DNA of 63,612 nucleotides, filler included, from Octopus bimaculoides (Eukaryota), in the NCBI RefSeq assembly GCF_001194135.2. It is 7 parts of 7 records of this genome, joined end to end, with 100 filler letters (N's around TTAATTAATTAA, not from the genome) between each part and the next. Parts side by side here need not be neighbours in the genome. Positions count along the whole stretch, not along the records: positions 39,724 to 54,593 come from NC_069005.1; positions 54,694 to 59,179 come from NC_069009.1; positions 59,280 to 60,562 come from NW_026422021.1; positions 60,663 to 61,805 come from NW_026413499.1; positions 61,906 to 63,612 come from NW_026382782.1; 2 more parts are not named here. One strand, written 5' to 3'. The translations under genes were made by a program, and so were the position numbers. The notes beneath the pieces are model-generated. The model worked only from the letters and a program-made list of their open reading frames with translations, did no database searches and was not told the origin of the DNA. How positions within the stretch are numbered: position 1 is the stretch's first letter; the number at the start of each line of letters is the position of its first letter. Shown here piece after piece: positions 52,646 through 63,612 of this stretch.

Positions 52646-54487
52646 NNNNNNNNNNNNNNNNNNNNNNNNNNNNNNNNNNNNNNNNNNNNNNNNNNNNNNN
52701 NNNNNNNNNNNNNNNNNNNNNNNNNNNNNNNNNNNNNNNNNNNNNNNNNNNNNNNNNNNNNNNNNNNNNNNNNNNNNNNNNNNNNNNNNNNNNNNNNNNN
52801 NNNNNNNNNNNNNNNNNNNNNNNNNNNNNNNNNNNNNNNNNNNNNNNNNNNNNNNNNNNNNNNNNNNNNNNNNNNNNNNNNNNNNNNNNNNNNNNNNNNN
52901 NNNNNNNNNNNNNNNNNNNNNNNNNNNNNNNNNNNNNNNNNNNNNNNNNNNNNNNNNNNNNNNNNNNNNNNNNNNNNNNNNNNNNNNNNNNNNNNNNNNN
53001 NNNNNNNNNNNNNNNNNNNNNNNNNNNNNNNNNNNNNNNNNNNNNNNNNNNNNNNNNNNNNNNNNNNNNNNNNNNNNNNNNNNNNNNNNNNNNNNNNNNN
53101 NNNNNNNNNNNNNNNNNNNNNNNNNNNNNNNNNNNNNNNNNNNNNNNNNNNNNNNNNNNNNNNNNNNNNNNNNNNNNNNNNNNNNNNNNNNNNNNNNNNN
53201 NNNNNNNNNNNNNNNNNNNNNNNNNNNNNNNNNNNNNNNNNNNNNNNNNNNNNNNNNNNNNNNNNNNNNTAGATGTAAATGTTCTCGGCCCAAGCCCCGT
53301 CACTGCCCCGTCTCGAAACCCTCATGCCCCAGCCGTTCCTTCATACCCCTACAACCGACACTTCTAAACCCTCCTACTTCCTTAATACTACTACTACTAC
53401 TACTACTACTACTATTACTACTACTGCCGCTGCTGCCGCTGCTGCCGCTGCTGCTACGCGCAGACACACATATACACGCACATACACACACACACGCACA
53501 TACACAAACACGCACACACGCACACTCACAAACATACCCCCCACCCACTAAATAATATATTCATAATTCATTGATATATTTACTTCAATACAGAAGTTGT
53601 CAGGGTTCGATCTTGGGACACTTACATAACAAATACACACACACCCCGTTATTTTCTAGTATCTTCGGACGTTCTACCACCAGGCATCACTCTTCTCTTT
53701 CTTCCTCTCTTTTACTTTTATTCTACTTCCTCTCATTCTCTCTTTCTTTTTCATTCTTTTCTCTATTTTCTTTCTTTCTTTTGTTGCTTCTTTTGTTGTT
53801 TCTTTCTTTCTTTCTTTCTTTCACTCTCTTTCCTTTTGTCCTCTTCATTCTTCTTCTTCTTCTTCTTCTTCTTCTTCTTCTTCTCAATCTCCTTCCCCTT
53901 TTTTACTCCCTCTCCACTCTCCCCCCTCCTCCTCTTCCAGTCCCCTTTCTCTCTCGCACCTCCACCCCTGCGACTATTCACATAACGTAGACAGACGATG
54001 ATGATGATAACGATGATGATGATGTTGTAATTTAACCCTAGGTCAGCTGACCAATAATCACAGCCTTTCCAGCCGTGACCAACTCACCTTTCCAAAAAAT
54101 ATCTTATTCCCAGACCAGATTTTTCAATTTCAAATGCATTTTTTATTTACCTTAAAAGACATTAAACTAAAATTTGAGGGTGATTTGACTGCTATTTCTG
54201 ACTAGCCTGGAGACCACATAGAGCTTCCCTGTGGGCAGGGACTCTTCTAGTGTCTTGTCCCAACGCCAGTTCAGTGAACCAGAAGCTTTGAACAGACAGT
54301 AATATATGCGACAGCAGAGTAGTGTCCTAGACTTTACTTACTGCAACTTCACCCACCCGTGGCCATCACGTCGATTAACGATGCCCCTCAACACATCACA
54401 GCATAACTTTTTAACCCTCGGCCACTGAACCTCCACTCCACCGAAATGAGTGTCTGCGAGGCTATGATCATATGTACGTACGGACAC

Positions 54488-54526
<39 letters not shown>

Positions 54527-54693
54527 TATGTTGTCTTTATATTACATGTATGTTTGTATGTTAGTTCCCTGGTGTAGGGCACAGGGTTAGCCCNNNNNNN
54601 NNNNNNNNNNNNNNNNNNNNNNNNNNNNNNNNNNNNNTTAATTAATTAANNNNNNNNNNNNNNNNNNNNNNNNNNNNNNNNNNNNNNNNNNNN

Positions 54694-54733
<40 letters not shown>

Positions 54734-55229
54734 TAAAATGGAAAAAAACATTGGATAGATAAGTCCTTTTATTTCATTTGAGTGCTTATGTCTAATTTTT
54801 CTTTATAAAAAGCAAAATTTTCAATGTTGTATCTCTATTTTTTAAGTATCTTCATTATCTTAAATTCTTGTTTCTCTATTATTTCAGAATATCAGGAGAA
54901 GCACAGAAGTGTTTACATAAGATAAATCATCAATATTTATCTTATTTTCAAGGCTAAATGCTACACAGACTGGATAAAATCTATGGTGAATTCTTGATAA
55001 ATAATTTTTTAGGACATAGATTGAGTGTTTGTTTTATTCACTGCCTTAAAAATTACAAACTGAGTTTGTATTTTCATTAAACTTGGATTGCGAAGGACTT
55101 TGCAACCTCTTCAGATATCAACAAAGATCACATTTGATGGAAATATATCAGTAGTAATAGTTGTCACAAACAAAGTACAACAACGAAAGGAAGAAAACTT
55201 GTGTATATTGTGATACGAAAAGAAAAATC

Positions 55230-56441
55230 ATGGAAAATGAGTCGAGTGAAATCAAGATTAAATGTGAAACAGAGGCTAAAAATATTGACTTTCCTGATGA
55301 TGTAAAAAATAAGAAAAGGAAAACATTACATCACTGTGATATCTGTGGTAAATCATTTTCTCAAAATAGCAAACTGACTAAACATAAATCTATTCATTCA
55401 GGAGAGAAGCCATATCACTGTGACATCTGTGATAAATCATTTTCACAAAAGGACTATTTAACTACTCATCAACGTATTCATACAGGAGAAAAACCTTATC
55501 ACTGCGACATCTGTGATAAGTCGTTCTCTCAAAGTGTTCACTTAACTAAACACACACGCATTCACACGGGGGAAAAACCATATTTCTGTGATATCTGTGA
55601 TAAATCATTTGCTGAGAACGGTACCTTAACTAGACATAAACGTATTCATACAGGAGAAAAACCATATCACTGCGATATCTGTAGTAAATCATTTTCTCAG
55701 AAAGATAACCTAGTTACTCACCAACGCATTCATACCGGAGAAAAGCCATATTGTTGTGACATTTGTGACAAATCATTCTCTCAAAGTGTGCACTTAACAA
55801 AACATAAATATATTCATACAGGAGGAAAACTATACTTCTGCGATATTTGTGATAAATCATTCACTGAAAATAGTTCCTTAAAAAGACATATCCGCATTCA
55901 TACAGGTGATAAACCATATCACTGTGATATCTGTTTCAGATCATTTTCCGAGAATCATAACTTAACTATTCACAAACGCAGTCACACAGGAGAGAAACCG
56001 TATCCTTGTGACATCTGTGGTAAATCATTCTCGGACACTGGTCATTTAGCTAGACATGAACGTATTCATACTGGAGACAAACCACACAAATGCAACATAT
56101 GTGGTAAATCATTTTCTGAAAATGGAGTCTTAACAAGACATATCCGCGTTCATACTGGTGAGAAGCCATATCAGTGTGACATCTGTAGTAAGTCATTCTC
56201 TCATGGACATGCCTTAACTACTCACAAGCGCATTCATACAGGAGAGAAACCATATCACTGCGATATCTGTGGCAAATCATTTTCTGAAACTGGACATTTA
56301 ACTAGGCACAAACGCATTCATACAGGACTAAACTTATATCACTGTGGTATCTGTGGTAAATCATTTTCTGAAAAAAGCCACTTCACTGAACATGTTGCTA
56401 TTCATACAGAGCAGGAGCTATATCAAAATATAGGGTCATAA
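55230..56441 (+). CDS. C2H2 zinc-finger protein, 13 tandem fingers, ~403 aa, no recognisable N-terminal effector domain
   Basis: Intact ORF with 13 C-X2-C-X12-H-X3-H fingers and TGEKP-type linkers; first ATG at 55230; likely exon acceptor ...tatttcag at 54887. Confidence 0.93.
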   Translation: MENESSEIKIKCETEAKNIDFPDDVKNKKRKTLHHCDICGKSFSQNSKLTKHKSIHSGEKPYHCDICDKSFSQKDYLTTHQRIHTGEKPYHCDICDKSFSQSVHLTKHTRIHTGEKPYFCDICDKSFAENGTLTRHKRIHTGEKPYHCDICSKSFSQKDNLVTHQRIHTGEKPYCCDICDKSFSQSVHLTKHKYIHTGGKLYFCDICDKSFTENSSLKRHIRIHTGDKPYHCDICFRSFSENHNLTIHKRSHTGEKPYPCDICGKSFSDTGHLARHERIHTGDKPHKCNICGKSFSENGVLTRHIRVHTGEKPYQCDICSKSFSHGHALTTHKRIHTGEKPYHCDICGKSFSETGHLTRHKRIHTGLNLYHCGICGKSFSEKSHFTEHVAIHTEQELYQNIGS

Positions 56442-56559
56442 TGCATACAGAACAACTAGTACTGCATGCATGACCCTCATTTTTCTTCATTCCATTATGA
56501 CCCTACATTTTGTAGAGTAAATTCTTACCTTTTTCTCATTGGTATATAACTAATGATTG

Positions 56560-57160
56560 TATCATCGTTTAACGTCCGCTTTCCATGCTATCATGGGTCG
56601 GACGATTTGACTGAGGACTGGTGAAACCAGATGGTTACACTAGGCTCCAATCTGATTTGGCAGAGTTTCTACAGCTGGATGCCCTTCCTAACGCCAACCA
56701 CTCAGAGAGTGTAGTGGGTGCTTTTACGTGTCACCCGCACGAAGGCCAGTCAGGCAGTACTGGAAACAACCACGTTCAAAATGGTGCATTTTATGTGCCA
56801 CCCGCACAAGAGCCAGTCCAGGGGCACTGGCAACGATCTCGCTCGTTCATTGTAGGCAAACTAATGGACAGAATAAGAAAATAATTCAGGAGAATAATTG
56901 ACCTATCTCTCAACTACCATCGTCATCGTCGTTGTTTAACGTCCACTTTCCATGCTAGCATGGGTCGGACGATTTGGCTGAGGACTGGTGAAACCAGATG
57001 GCTACACCAGGCTCCANNNNNNNNNNNNNNNNNNNNNNNNNNNNNNNNNNNNNNNNNNNNNNNNNNNNNNNNNNNNNNNNNNNNNNNNNNNNNNNNNNNN
57101 NNNNNNNNNNNNNNNNCGGCCACGCTCAAAATGGTGCATCTCATGTGCCACCCGCACATA
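56560..57160 (-). mobile_element. Two tandem RTE 3'-end copies (56560-56850 and 56920-57160)
   Basis: Both begin (plus strand) TCATCGTTTAACGTCC.CTTTCCATGCTA.CATGGGTCGGACG, the reverse complement of 1-164. Confidence 0.8.
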
Positions 57161-57239
57161 TATATAAATATATATATATATATAAAGAAAAATATATATA
57201 TAAATAAATATAAATATATATATATATAAAGTGAAGTAT

Positions 57240-57465
57240 ATTTGCCACTTAAATGTGGCTGACCCCTAAGGGTGGATGTTACTGTTGCTTTTAGCCCCAG
57301 GAGAACTACTCCTCCAGTTGGCTATCGACACACATCTGTGTCCTGTCTGTCTTTCTCATCGAAGGTCGGCGATTGTCGTACGCTGAAGAAGGGAAATTAC
57401 CCTGAAACTCGAGTCCGTACGTATCGCTGATCAAGATGGGAAAGATAACTTCCCTTGGCAAATAT
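57240..57465 (+). mobile_element. Short structured element carrying an intact hammerhead ribozyme
   Basis: Head homologous to 30310-30415; small hairpins GCCAC/GTGGC, GGAG/CTCC, GACAC/GTGTC; long hairpin 57350-57445. Confidence 0.65.
57377..57421 (+). ncRNA. Minimal type I hammerhead ribozyme, all core nucleotides intact; predicted cleavage after C57415
   Basis: CGTACG-CTGAAGA-AGGG-aaatta-CCCT-GAAA-CTCGAG-TC-CGTACG: 6-bp stem I, 4-bp stem II, palindromic stem III (ACTCGAGT), GUC triplet. Confidence 0.85.
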
Positions 57466-57469
57466 ATTA

Positions 57470-57590
57470 ATATGTGGTCAGCCTGAGGCTATAGTGGCCG
57501 ACACTTGTGCAAGATGCCACACAGTGGGACTGAACCTAAAGGCAGATGGTTGAGAGGTGAACTTTTTAACCATACAGCCATACCTATGCT
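57470..57590 (-). mobile_element. Family-B SINE 5' part
   Basis: Minus GGTATGGCTGTATGGTTAA...GGTTCAGTCCCACTGTGTGGCATCTTG. Confidence 0.7.
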
Positions 57591-57823
57591 TCTCTCACTT
57601 GTAATTAAGTGATAAAAGATGATGATGAGGATTGTGATGGCAGTGGTGAAGAAAATGATGGTGATGACAAATATGATGATGACAATATTGATAACGAGAG
57701 AAAAAAATAAAAAAACCTAGAGATCACAAACAAAAACAGGAAAAAACATGTATTCTTGCCTTCATAATTTATTCAGTCCCTGTAACACTGTTTGTCATCC
57801 CCAAATATTTATTCAAATCTCAC

Positions 57824-58026
57824 AACACCATTGGTAAAAAAGACAAGATAAGAGCAGCAAACATGAGAGCGAGGATGATGTTGATTATGACATTGGATAT
57901 CATGGATGAGAAACTTCTTTTACAAATTTTCGCTCGTATATTCTCTTCCTTTTTGGAATCTTTCAGCTCATCGTCCATGTTGTTCTGTTCCAGACGACTG
58001 TAACCTGGCTGTTCATTGGTCTTCAT
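57824..58026 (-). CDS. Candidate first coding exon of a type II membrane protein (exon 57824-58069)
   Basis: Acceptor ctttttgttgtcttttgttag, ATG at 58026, MKTNEQPGYSRLEQ... followed by hydrophobic MISNVIINIILALMFAALILSFLPMVL, donor gtgaga (phase 2); non-repetitive sequence. Confidence 0.55.
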
Positions 58027-58361
58027 GTCGTTGAATTAAGGTGGTCTGTCACTTCACTTTGGGACACCTCTAACAAAAGACAACAAAAAAGATGATAGAC
58101 ATGGAATAAGGGAATATAGTAGAAAGTCAGGTAGGTAGGCATACCTGTGGGGTTAAGGACTTTGTAAATGTGTGGTTACAGGGGTTTTAGATCCAATCCC
58201 ACCTTGGACCATCCATCCATATATATATATATATATATAAACAAAAATTTAAATAAGAGTGAAAAATTGAATATTAATTTGATTAATATCAATTTAAAAC
58301 CAGTTGCCTAGCAAATTGAAAAATCTGAAGATTCAGAATAATTATATATATATATATATAT

Positions 58362-58692
58362 ATGGCGATGACTACTGACCGAGACCTTTGGAAATGTGCT
58401 GTGCGTGAGAAGACCCGGCAAGCCAAGTGAGATCGTTGCCAGTGCCCCTGGACTGGCTCTTGTGCGGGTGGCACATAAAAGACACCATTTCGAGCGTGGC
58501 CGTTTTCGTGCGGGTGACACGTAAAAGCACCCACTACACTCTCTGAGTGGTTGGCGTTACGAAGGGCATCCAGCTGTAGAAACTCTGCCAAATTAGATTG
58601 GAGCCTGGTGTTGCCATCCGGTATCACCAGTCCTCAGTCAAATCGTCCAACCCATGCTAGCATGGAAAGCGGACGTTAAACGATGATGATGA
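58362..58692 (+). mobile_element. 5'-truncated RTE LINE (ORF2 end, 3' UTR, (GAT)n tail)
   Basis: AMTTDRDLWKCAVREKTRQAK* then the UTR shared with 1-164. Confidence 0.8.
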
Positions 58693-58949
58693 TATACATA
58701 GGTGCAGGTGTGGTTGTGTGGTAAGAAGCTTGCTTCCCTGACAGGAGAACATCACTTTTTGTTACTCGGTAAGATTTTCTTGCTGTCATTATTGCTTTGC
58801 TGTACTTGTTGAATTTGCGGTTGAATTATCTGTTGGAAAGTGCTGGAAAATTCGTTGGACTTTGTACTTCCCGGTATATCAGGGAGTAATTATGAAACTG
58901 TTACATTTTTTGGCCACTGAGGCATCTCTTGTAGCTGTGAAAATTNNNN

Positions 58950-59179
58950 NNNNNNGTGTTCCCTGAGCACGAAAGAGGTGGTACTTCTTCCCACATACAT
59001 GGGACAAAGAACTGTAAGAGTGAGGATACCAGAAGTACCACCTGAAGTCGACCCCGAAGAGGTGGTGGGTGCCCTATTGTTTAATAGGGCAGAAAAAATA
59101 AAAATTCTACAAGTAAATTGCTCCACCCCACAATATTGGTTGGGGAAATTCCTCAACATCCTGGTTCAGGGAACACAGG
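58950..59179 (+). mobile_element. L1/Tx1-like ORF1 fragment
   Basis: VLLPTYMGQRTVRVRIPEVPPEVDPEEVVGALL matches ILIPIYMGMRTVKIRIPKVPPQVDP of ORF1 at 38348-39403. Confidence 0.75.
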
Positions 59180-59344
59180 NNNNNNNNNNNNNNNNNNNNN
59201 NNNNNNNNNNNNNNNNNNNNNNNTTAATTAATTAANNNNNNNNNNNNNNNNNNNNNNNNNNNNNNNNNNNNNNNNNNNNAAAGAAAAGCTCTACATTGTA
59301 TTTGTCCCATCTTCGTTGAGCCCTGTGTGGCTAATAAAAGAAAT

Positions 59345-59429
59345 GTATCTGTGTCTATCTATCTATCTATCTATCTGTCTGTCTGTCTGTCTGTCTGTCT
59401 ATATGTGTGTGTGTCTATCTATCTATCTG

Positions 59430-59464
<35 letters not shown>

Positions 59465-59628
59465 GTCTGTCTGTCTATATGTCTGTGTGTCTATCTATCT
59501 ATCTGTCTATCTATCTATTTATCCATCTGTGCGTCTGTCCGTCCGCCCGTCTGTCCGTCCGTTCGTCCATCCATCTATCCATCTATCTATCTATCCATCT
59601 ATCTATCTATCCATCTATCTATCTATCC

Positions 59629-59667
<39 letters not shown>

Positions 59668-59765
59668 NNNNNNNNNNCTATCTATCTATCTATCTATCCA
59701 TCTATCCATCTATCCATCTATCTATCTATATATATATATATATATTTATATGTCTGTCTGTCTAT
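59345..59765. repeat. (TCTA/TCCA/TCTG)n tetranucleotide microsatellite
   Basis: Direct inspection. Confidence 0.95.
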
Positions 59766-59873
59766 CTTACGAATGTATATTGATTGACATTCAATATTCG
59801 ATATTACATAAGTGTGTATATACATAAATGCATAAAAACATGCATACATAGATAAAAACATATATATTGACAT

Positions 59874-60285
59874 ATTCTTTTATTCTTTTATTCTTTTATT
59901 CTTTTATTCTTTTATTCTTTTATTCTTTTATTCTTTCACTTGTTTCAGTCATTAGACTGTGGCCGTGCTGGAGCATCGCCTTGAAAAATTTTAGCCGAAT
60001 GAAGTGACTCCAGTACATTGTAATTATCGCTCCGTTTGCCGAACCGCCATGTTACGGGGGACATAACACCGGTTGTCAAGCTGTGGTGGGGACAAACACA
60101 GACACCTTCTCCCCATATACATGCACACGACGGCCTTCTTTCAGTTTCCCTCTAGAAAATCTACTCACAAGGATTTAGTCGGCTCGAGGCTACAGCAGAA
60201 AATATTTGTCCAAGGTGTCACACAGTGGGACTGAACCTGGAACCATGTGGTTGGGAAGCAAGCTTTTTACCACACAGCCACTCCT
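59874..60285 (-). mobile_element. Family-B SINE, full length, with (ATAAAAGA)n tail
   Basis: tRNA-like head 60190-60285, body matching 29940-30110 and 39860-40070, 8-mer tail at 59874-59935. Confidence 0.75.
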
Positions 60286-60428
60286 ATATATATATATAGA
60301 TGCAAATACATTTACATGCATACTTGCATATATAAATACATGTATACATGCTTGCATAAAAACATGCATATATATATGTACACAAGCATATTTGTGTAGA
60401 TAAATATTTATGTATATGTGTGTGTGTG

Positions 60429-60468
<40 letters not shown>

Positions 60469-62092
60469 ACGAGATTACTTTCGTTTATTCAGTTGCTTAT
60501 ATTACGCGCGCGCGCACACACATACGCACATACACTCACACACACATTCATATACATATATANNNNNNNNNNNNNNNNNNNNNNNNNNNNNNNNNNNNNN
60601 NNNNNNTTAATTAATTAANNNNNNNNNNNNNNNNNNNNNNNNNNNNNNNNNNNNNNNNNNNNGGCGAAGAATGGTGGCTTCGACACTTGGTAGTGAGGCG
60701 CAGCGAAGAACCCCGTTGTTGGTAACATGATCTTCCTATTGTATGTTGAGGATCTGTCGTAACTTCGATTGCTGGAAACATTCAACTCGAACTCACAGTC
60801 TGTTTCCAGTTAATGCTTGATTTATCTACAGAGATAGCCTAAGACTGAAAAATATATTATCTTGCTGTTTAATCTTTCAGTGGGACATANNNNNNNNNNA
60901 AGACTGAAAAATATATTATCTTGCTGTTTAATCTTTCAGTGGGACATATTCCACAGATTCTTCTGATTCATATCTCCATCAAAACCTCAAAAAATAATAA
61001 TACAATTGTTGGTGAAAAAAAAAAGAAAAAAAAAAAGAATGAAATTTAAGTTTTCAGAGATATCCATAACATGCTCTATATCAATGTTCCTTAACAATGA
61101 TGTATCTGAAAATAATTGCTATTTTTCTCAGAGCAAACACTGAAGCCTAAATCATGCATTTTTGATAAAAGAAAAAAATAATAAATTCACCTTCTGAAAA
61201 GGTCTTTGACAAAATAGCTATTTCATTTCCAATTACGCAACTAGCTCTTTCATTTCCAATTACGCGACAAGCTTTAACTACAGCATTATATTTCTTATAT
61301 AGGCTTTTAAAAGCTGACTGCATAGTTTAGCAATTTTTTCTTCGCAAATCTTGTTATTATAATCTTTATTTTCATGAGTGTTATAATGTCATAGGATTTT
61401 ATAGTCTTTGGCAACAGAAATTTGTTTACTGCTAATTAATGAGGCCAGCTTATTTTCCAATTGGACAAAAACATATAAAACCATTCTCATTATTTTATAT
61501 CATTAGTGGGAAAGGGGCGCACTGTTCTACTTCTTACAGAAATTTGCTTTGGTATAATAGGGTTAGATAGACATAAAAGAATCTAAATACAATAATTTGA
61601 AAATCTAGAATTACTTTTTGCAAATACCATACTCTAACATTGACAAGGTTTTATTTACATTTATTAGTAATACGTTTCCCTTCACTGACTGTGAGTTTTA
61701 ATAGCCGGGTCTCCTACTTTTTCTTTGGAATCGATAGATAATTCCTCAGAATTACTAATATCCATATCGGATTTATTAATAAAATTTGACTTATTCTGCT
61801 GTAAANNNNNNNNNNNNNNNNNNNNNNNNNNNNNNNNNNNNNNNNNNNNTTAATTAATTAANNNNNNNNNNNNNNNNNNNNNNNNNNNNNNNNNNNNNNN
61901 NNNNNATGTATCGCTACAAGTTTTCAGTGATGTGAATTTTCTAGATTACTTCGTTATTAATGGATAAATGAATTTTTGTGTTTCATATGTTTACAGGTGA
62001 TAACCGAAGAAATTATTCAAGAAGTCACTATTTCATAGGTTTCAACAACATCATACATATATTTCCTTGCAACAGAATTGTAGACTGTAACC

Positions 62093-63612
62093 ATGTTATA
62101 CATACTTCTCTTGTTGTTAATGGCTGAGAGTTGTTGGTGTGTGGATCATACCTACCATGTTAAAGAGAACAATGATATACACAGCTATATTGGAGATATT
62201 GTCACTGATACACACTTATTGGATACTGTACCATCTCTGGATGATAGCAGCAAACTGATATTTAATGTAATTCAGGGAGGTACTGATGAAACAGTTCTGT
62301 TATTTAATGTTACACAGGGAGGACACTTGTACACAGCTGCCATATTGGATGCAGAAATTCTATGTCAATATAATGTGGAATGTTTCAGAATATTGGAAAT
62401 AGCTGTTCAACATGGCTATTCTGTTATTAAGATATTAAAACTGAAACTTATAATAGAAGATGTTAATGATAATTATCCCAAGTTTCCAAAAGAGGAATTT
62501 CATTTAAAATTTGATGAAAATCTTCTAATAGGAACGAAGTATATAATTCCAAATGCCATTGATAATGATATCAGTATTAAGAATTCCAGAATCACTTATG
62601 GGATCGAAAATTCAAATACGCCTTTTAAATTGTTTGTTTCTAAACAATTGGATGGATCTGTTTTATTGCAACTAAATCTTGAACATGTCTTAGATCGTGA
62701 GACAAAAAGCATTTATGAAATTCAGCTAATTGCCAGAGATAAAGAATCACCACAGAAAAAAGGTGTGCTTCATATAAAGATATTAGTTAAAGATATAAAT
62801 GACAATAAACCTTTGTTCTCTGAAAATATTTATAATGTCACTGTAAATGACACACACCAGTTAAACAAACCTATTGCAAAGCTGTCAGCTACAGATTTAG
62901 ATGAAGGAGATAATGGATTAATATCTTATTTCTTCAATGCCATCACATCAAAATATGCCACACAGTTTTTCAGATTAGATGATGTAACTGGATATTTGTT
63001 TCTGGAGAAAGACTTTCAATTTGGAAGGATATATAAATTGTTTGTTGAAGCCAGAGATAATGGCAACCCACCAATGTCATCAACTGCCATTGTTCTGGTA
63101 AATGGTGTCACTCATTTTAATAATCCACCAAACATTGACTTCAAATTTCTCGTGAAGTCAATTGGAAAAACAGGTGTCATCTCAGAAGGAACACAAATTC
63201 ATAGCTTCTTTGCTTATGTCAATATCATTGACAATGACAGTGGCGTAAATGGACAAGTAAAGTGCTATTTACAAAATAGATATCTTCAGCTTATCTTAGA
63301 GTCTGAAAAGAAATACAAAGTTGTTGTCAAGAGTGAAATGGATAGAGAAAGAGAAAAGAGCTTTAATTTCACCATTAAATGTCAAGATAATGGTTTACCT
63401 CCATTGAAAGTAGAGAAAGAATTTTCTGTGCTTGTTACTGATATAAATGATGTACAACCTCAGTTTACTCAGGACACATTTAAGTTTCTCACCTATGAAA
63501 ATGAAAACAAAAACTTCCCTGTTGGATATGTCAATGCTACAGACCCAGATATTGGAGATGGCGGACAATTAATCTATTCTCTATTATCTAATGGAAAAGA
63601 TATTCTACCATT
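62093..63612 (+). CDS. Protocadherin (signal peptide, EC1-EC4, partial EC5); 3' incomplete, large single exon
   Basis: ACC ATG at 62093 after in-frame TAG; open to window end: MLYILLLLLMAESCWCVDHTYHVKEN, LDAEILCQYNVEC, EDVNDNYP, AIDND, LDRE, KDINDNKP, ATDLDEG, MDRE, TDINDVQP, ATDPDIG; missed by ORF track (no stop in window). Confidence 0.95.
   Translation, partial: MLYILLLLLMAESCWCVDHTYHVKENNDIHSYIGDIVTDTHLLDTVPSLDDSSKLIFNVIQGGTDETVLLFNVTQGGHLYTAAILDAEILCQYNVECFRILEIAVQHGYSVIKILKLKLIIEDVNDNYPKFPKEEFHLKFDENLLIGTKYIIPNAIDNDISIKNSRITYGIENSNTPFKLFVSKQLDGSVLLQLNLEHVLDRETKSIYEIQLIARDKESPQKKGVLHIKILVKDINDNKPLFSENIYNVTVNDTHQLNKPIAKLSATDLDEGDNGLISYFFNAITSKYATQFFRLDDVTGYLFLEKDFQFGRIYKLFVEARDNGNPPMSSTAIVLVNGVTHFNNPPNIDFKFLVKSIGKTGVISEGTQIHSFFAYVNIIDNDSGVNGQVKCYLQNRYLQLILESEKKYKVVVKSEMDREREKSFNFTIKCQDNGLPPLKVEKEFSVLVTDINDVQPQFTQDTFKFLTYENENKNFPVGYVNATDPDIGDGGQLIYSLLSNGKDILP

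Overview
Gappy eukaryotic genomic scaffold that is AT-rich and saturated with microsatellites and transposons. It is most likely from a coleoid cephalopod such as Octopus; this is an inference from the protocadherin type, the effector-less C2H2 array and the tRNA-headed SINE/RTE repeats. Host genes reconstructed by hand from splice sites, most of them missed by the ORF track: the first three coding exons of an FBXL13/DRC6-like gene (minus strand), head-to-head with a complete 3-exon NDUFAF8-like twin-CX9C gene (plus strand); a 13-finger C2H2 zinc-finger gene; an orphan type-II-membrane first coding exon; and a protocadherin (signal peptide, EC1-EC4 and part of EC5) running off the window end. 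Mobile DNA includes a decayed Gypsy element, L1/Tx1-like and RTE LINEs, two mariner relics, Penelope-like fragments and several SINE families. The most interesting unexplained structures are (i) a set of short units that carry minimal hammerhead-ribozyme cores at the apex of long hairpins, with one fully intact core at 57377-57421 and apparently different core orientations between copies, and (ii) a ~940-bp element whose terminal inverted repeats contain (CCCTAA)n/(TTAGGG)n tracts, lodged in an (AAT)n insertion hotspot. Six N44-TTAATTAATTAA-N44 blocks are artificial joins, so adjacency across them is unproven. TE boundaries are approximate; exon and ribozyme coordinates were counted base by base.
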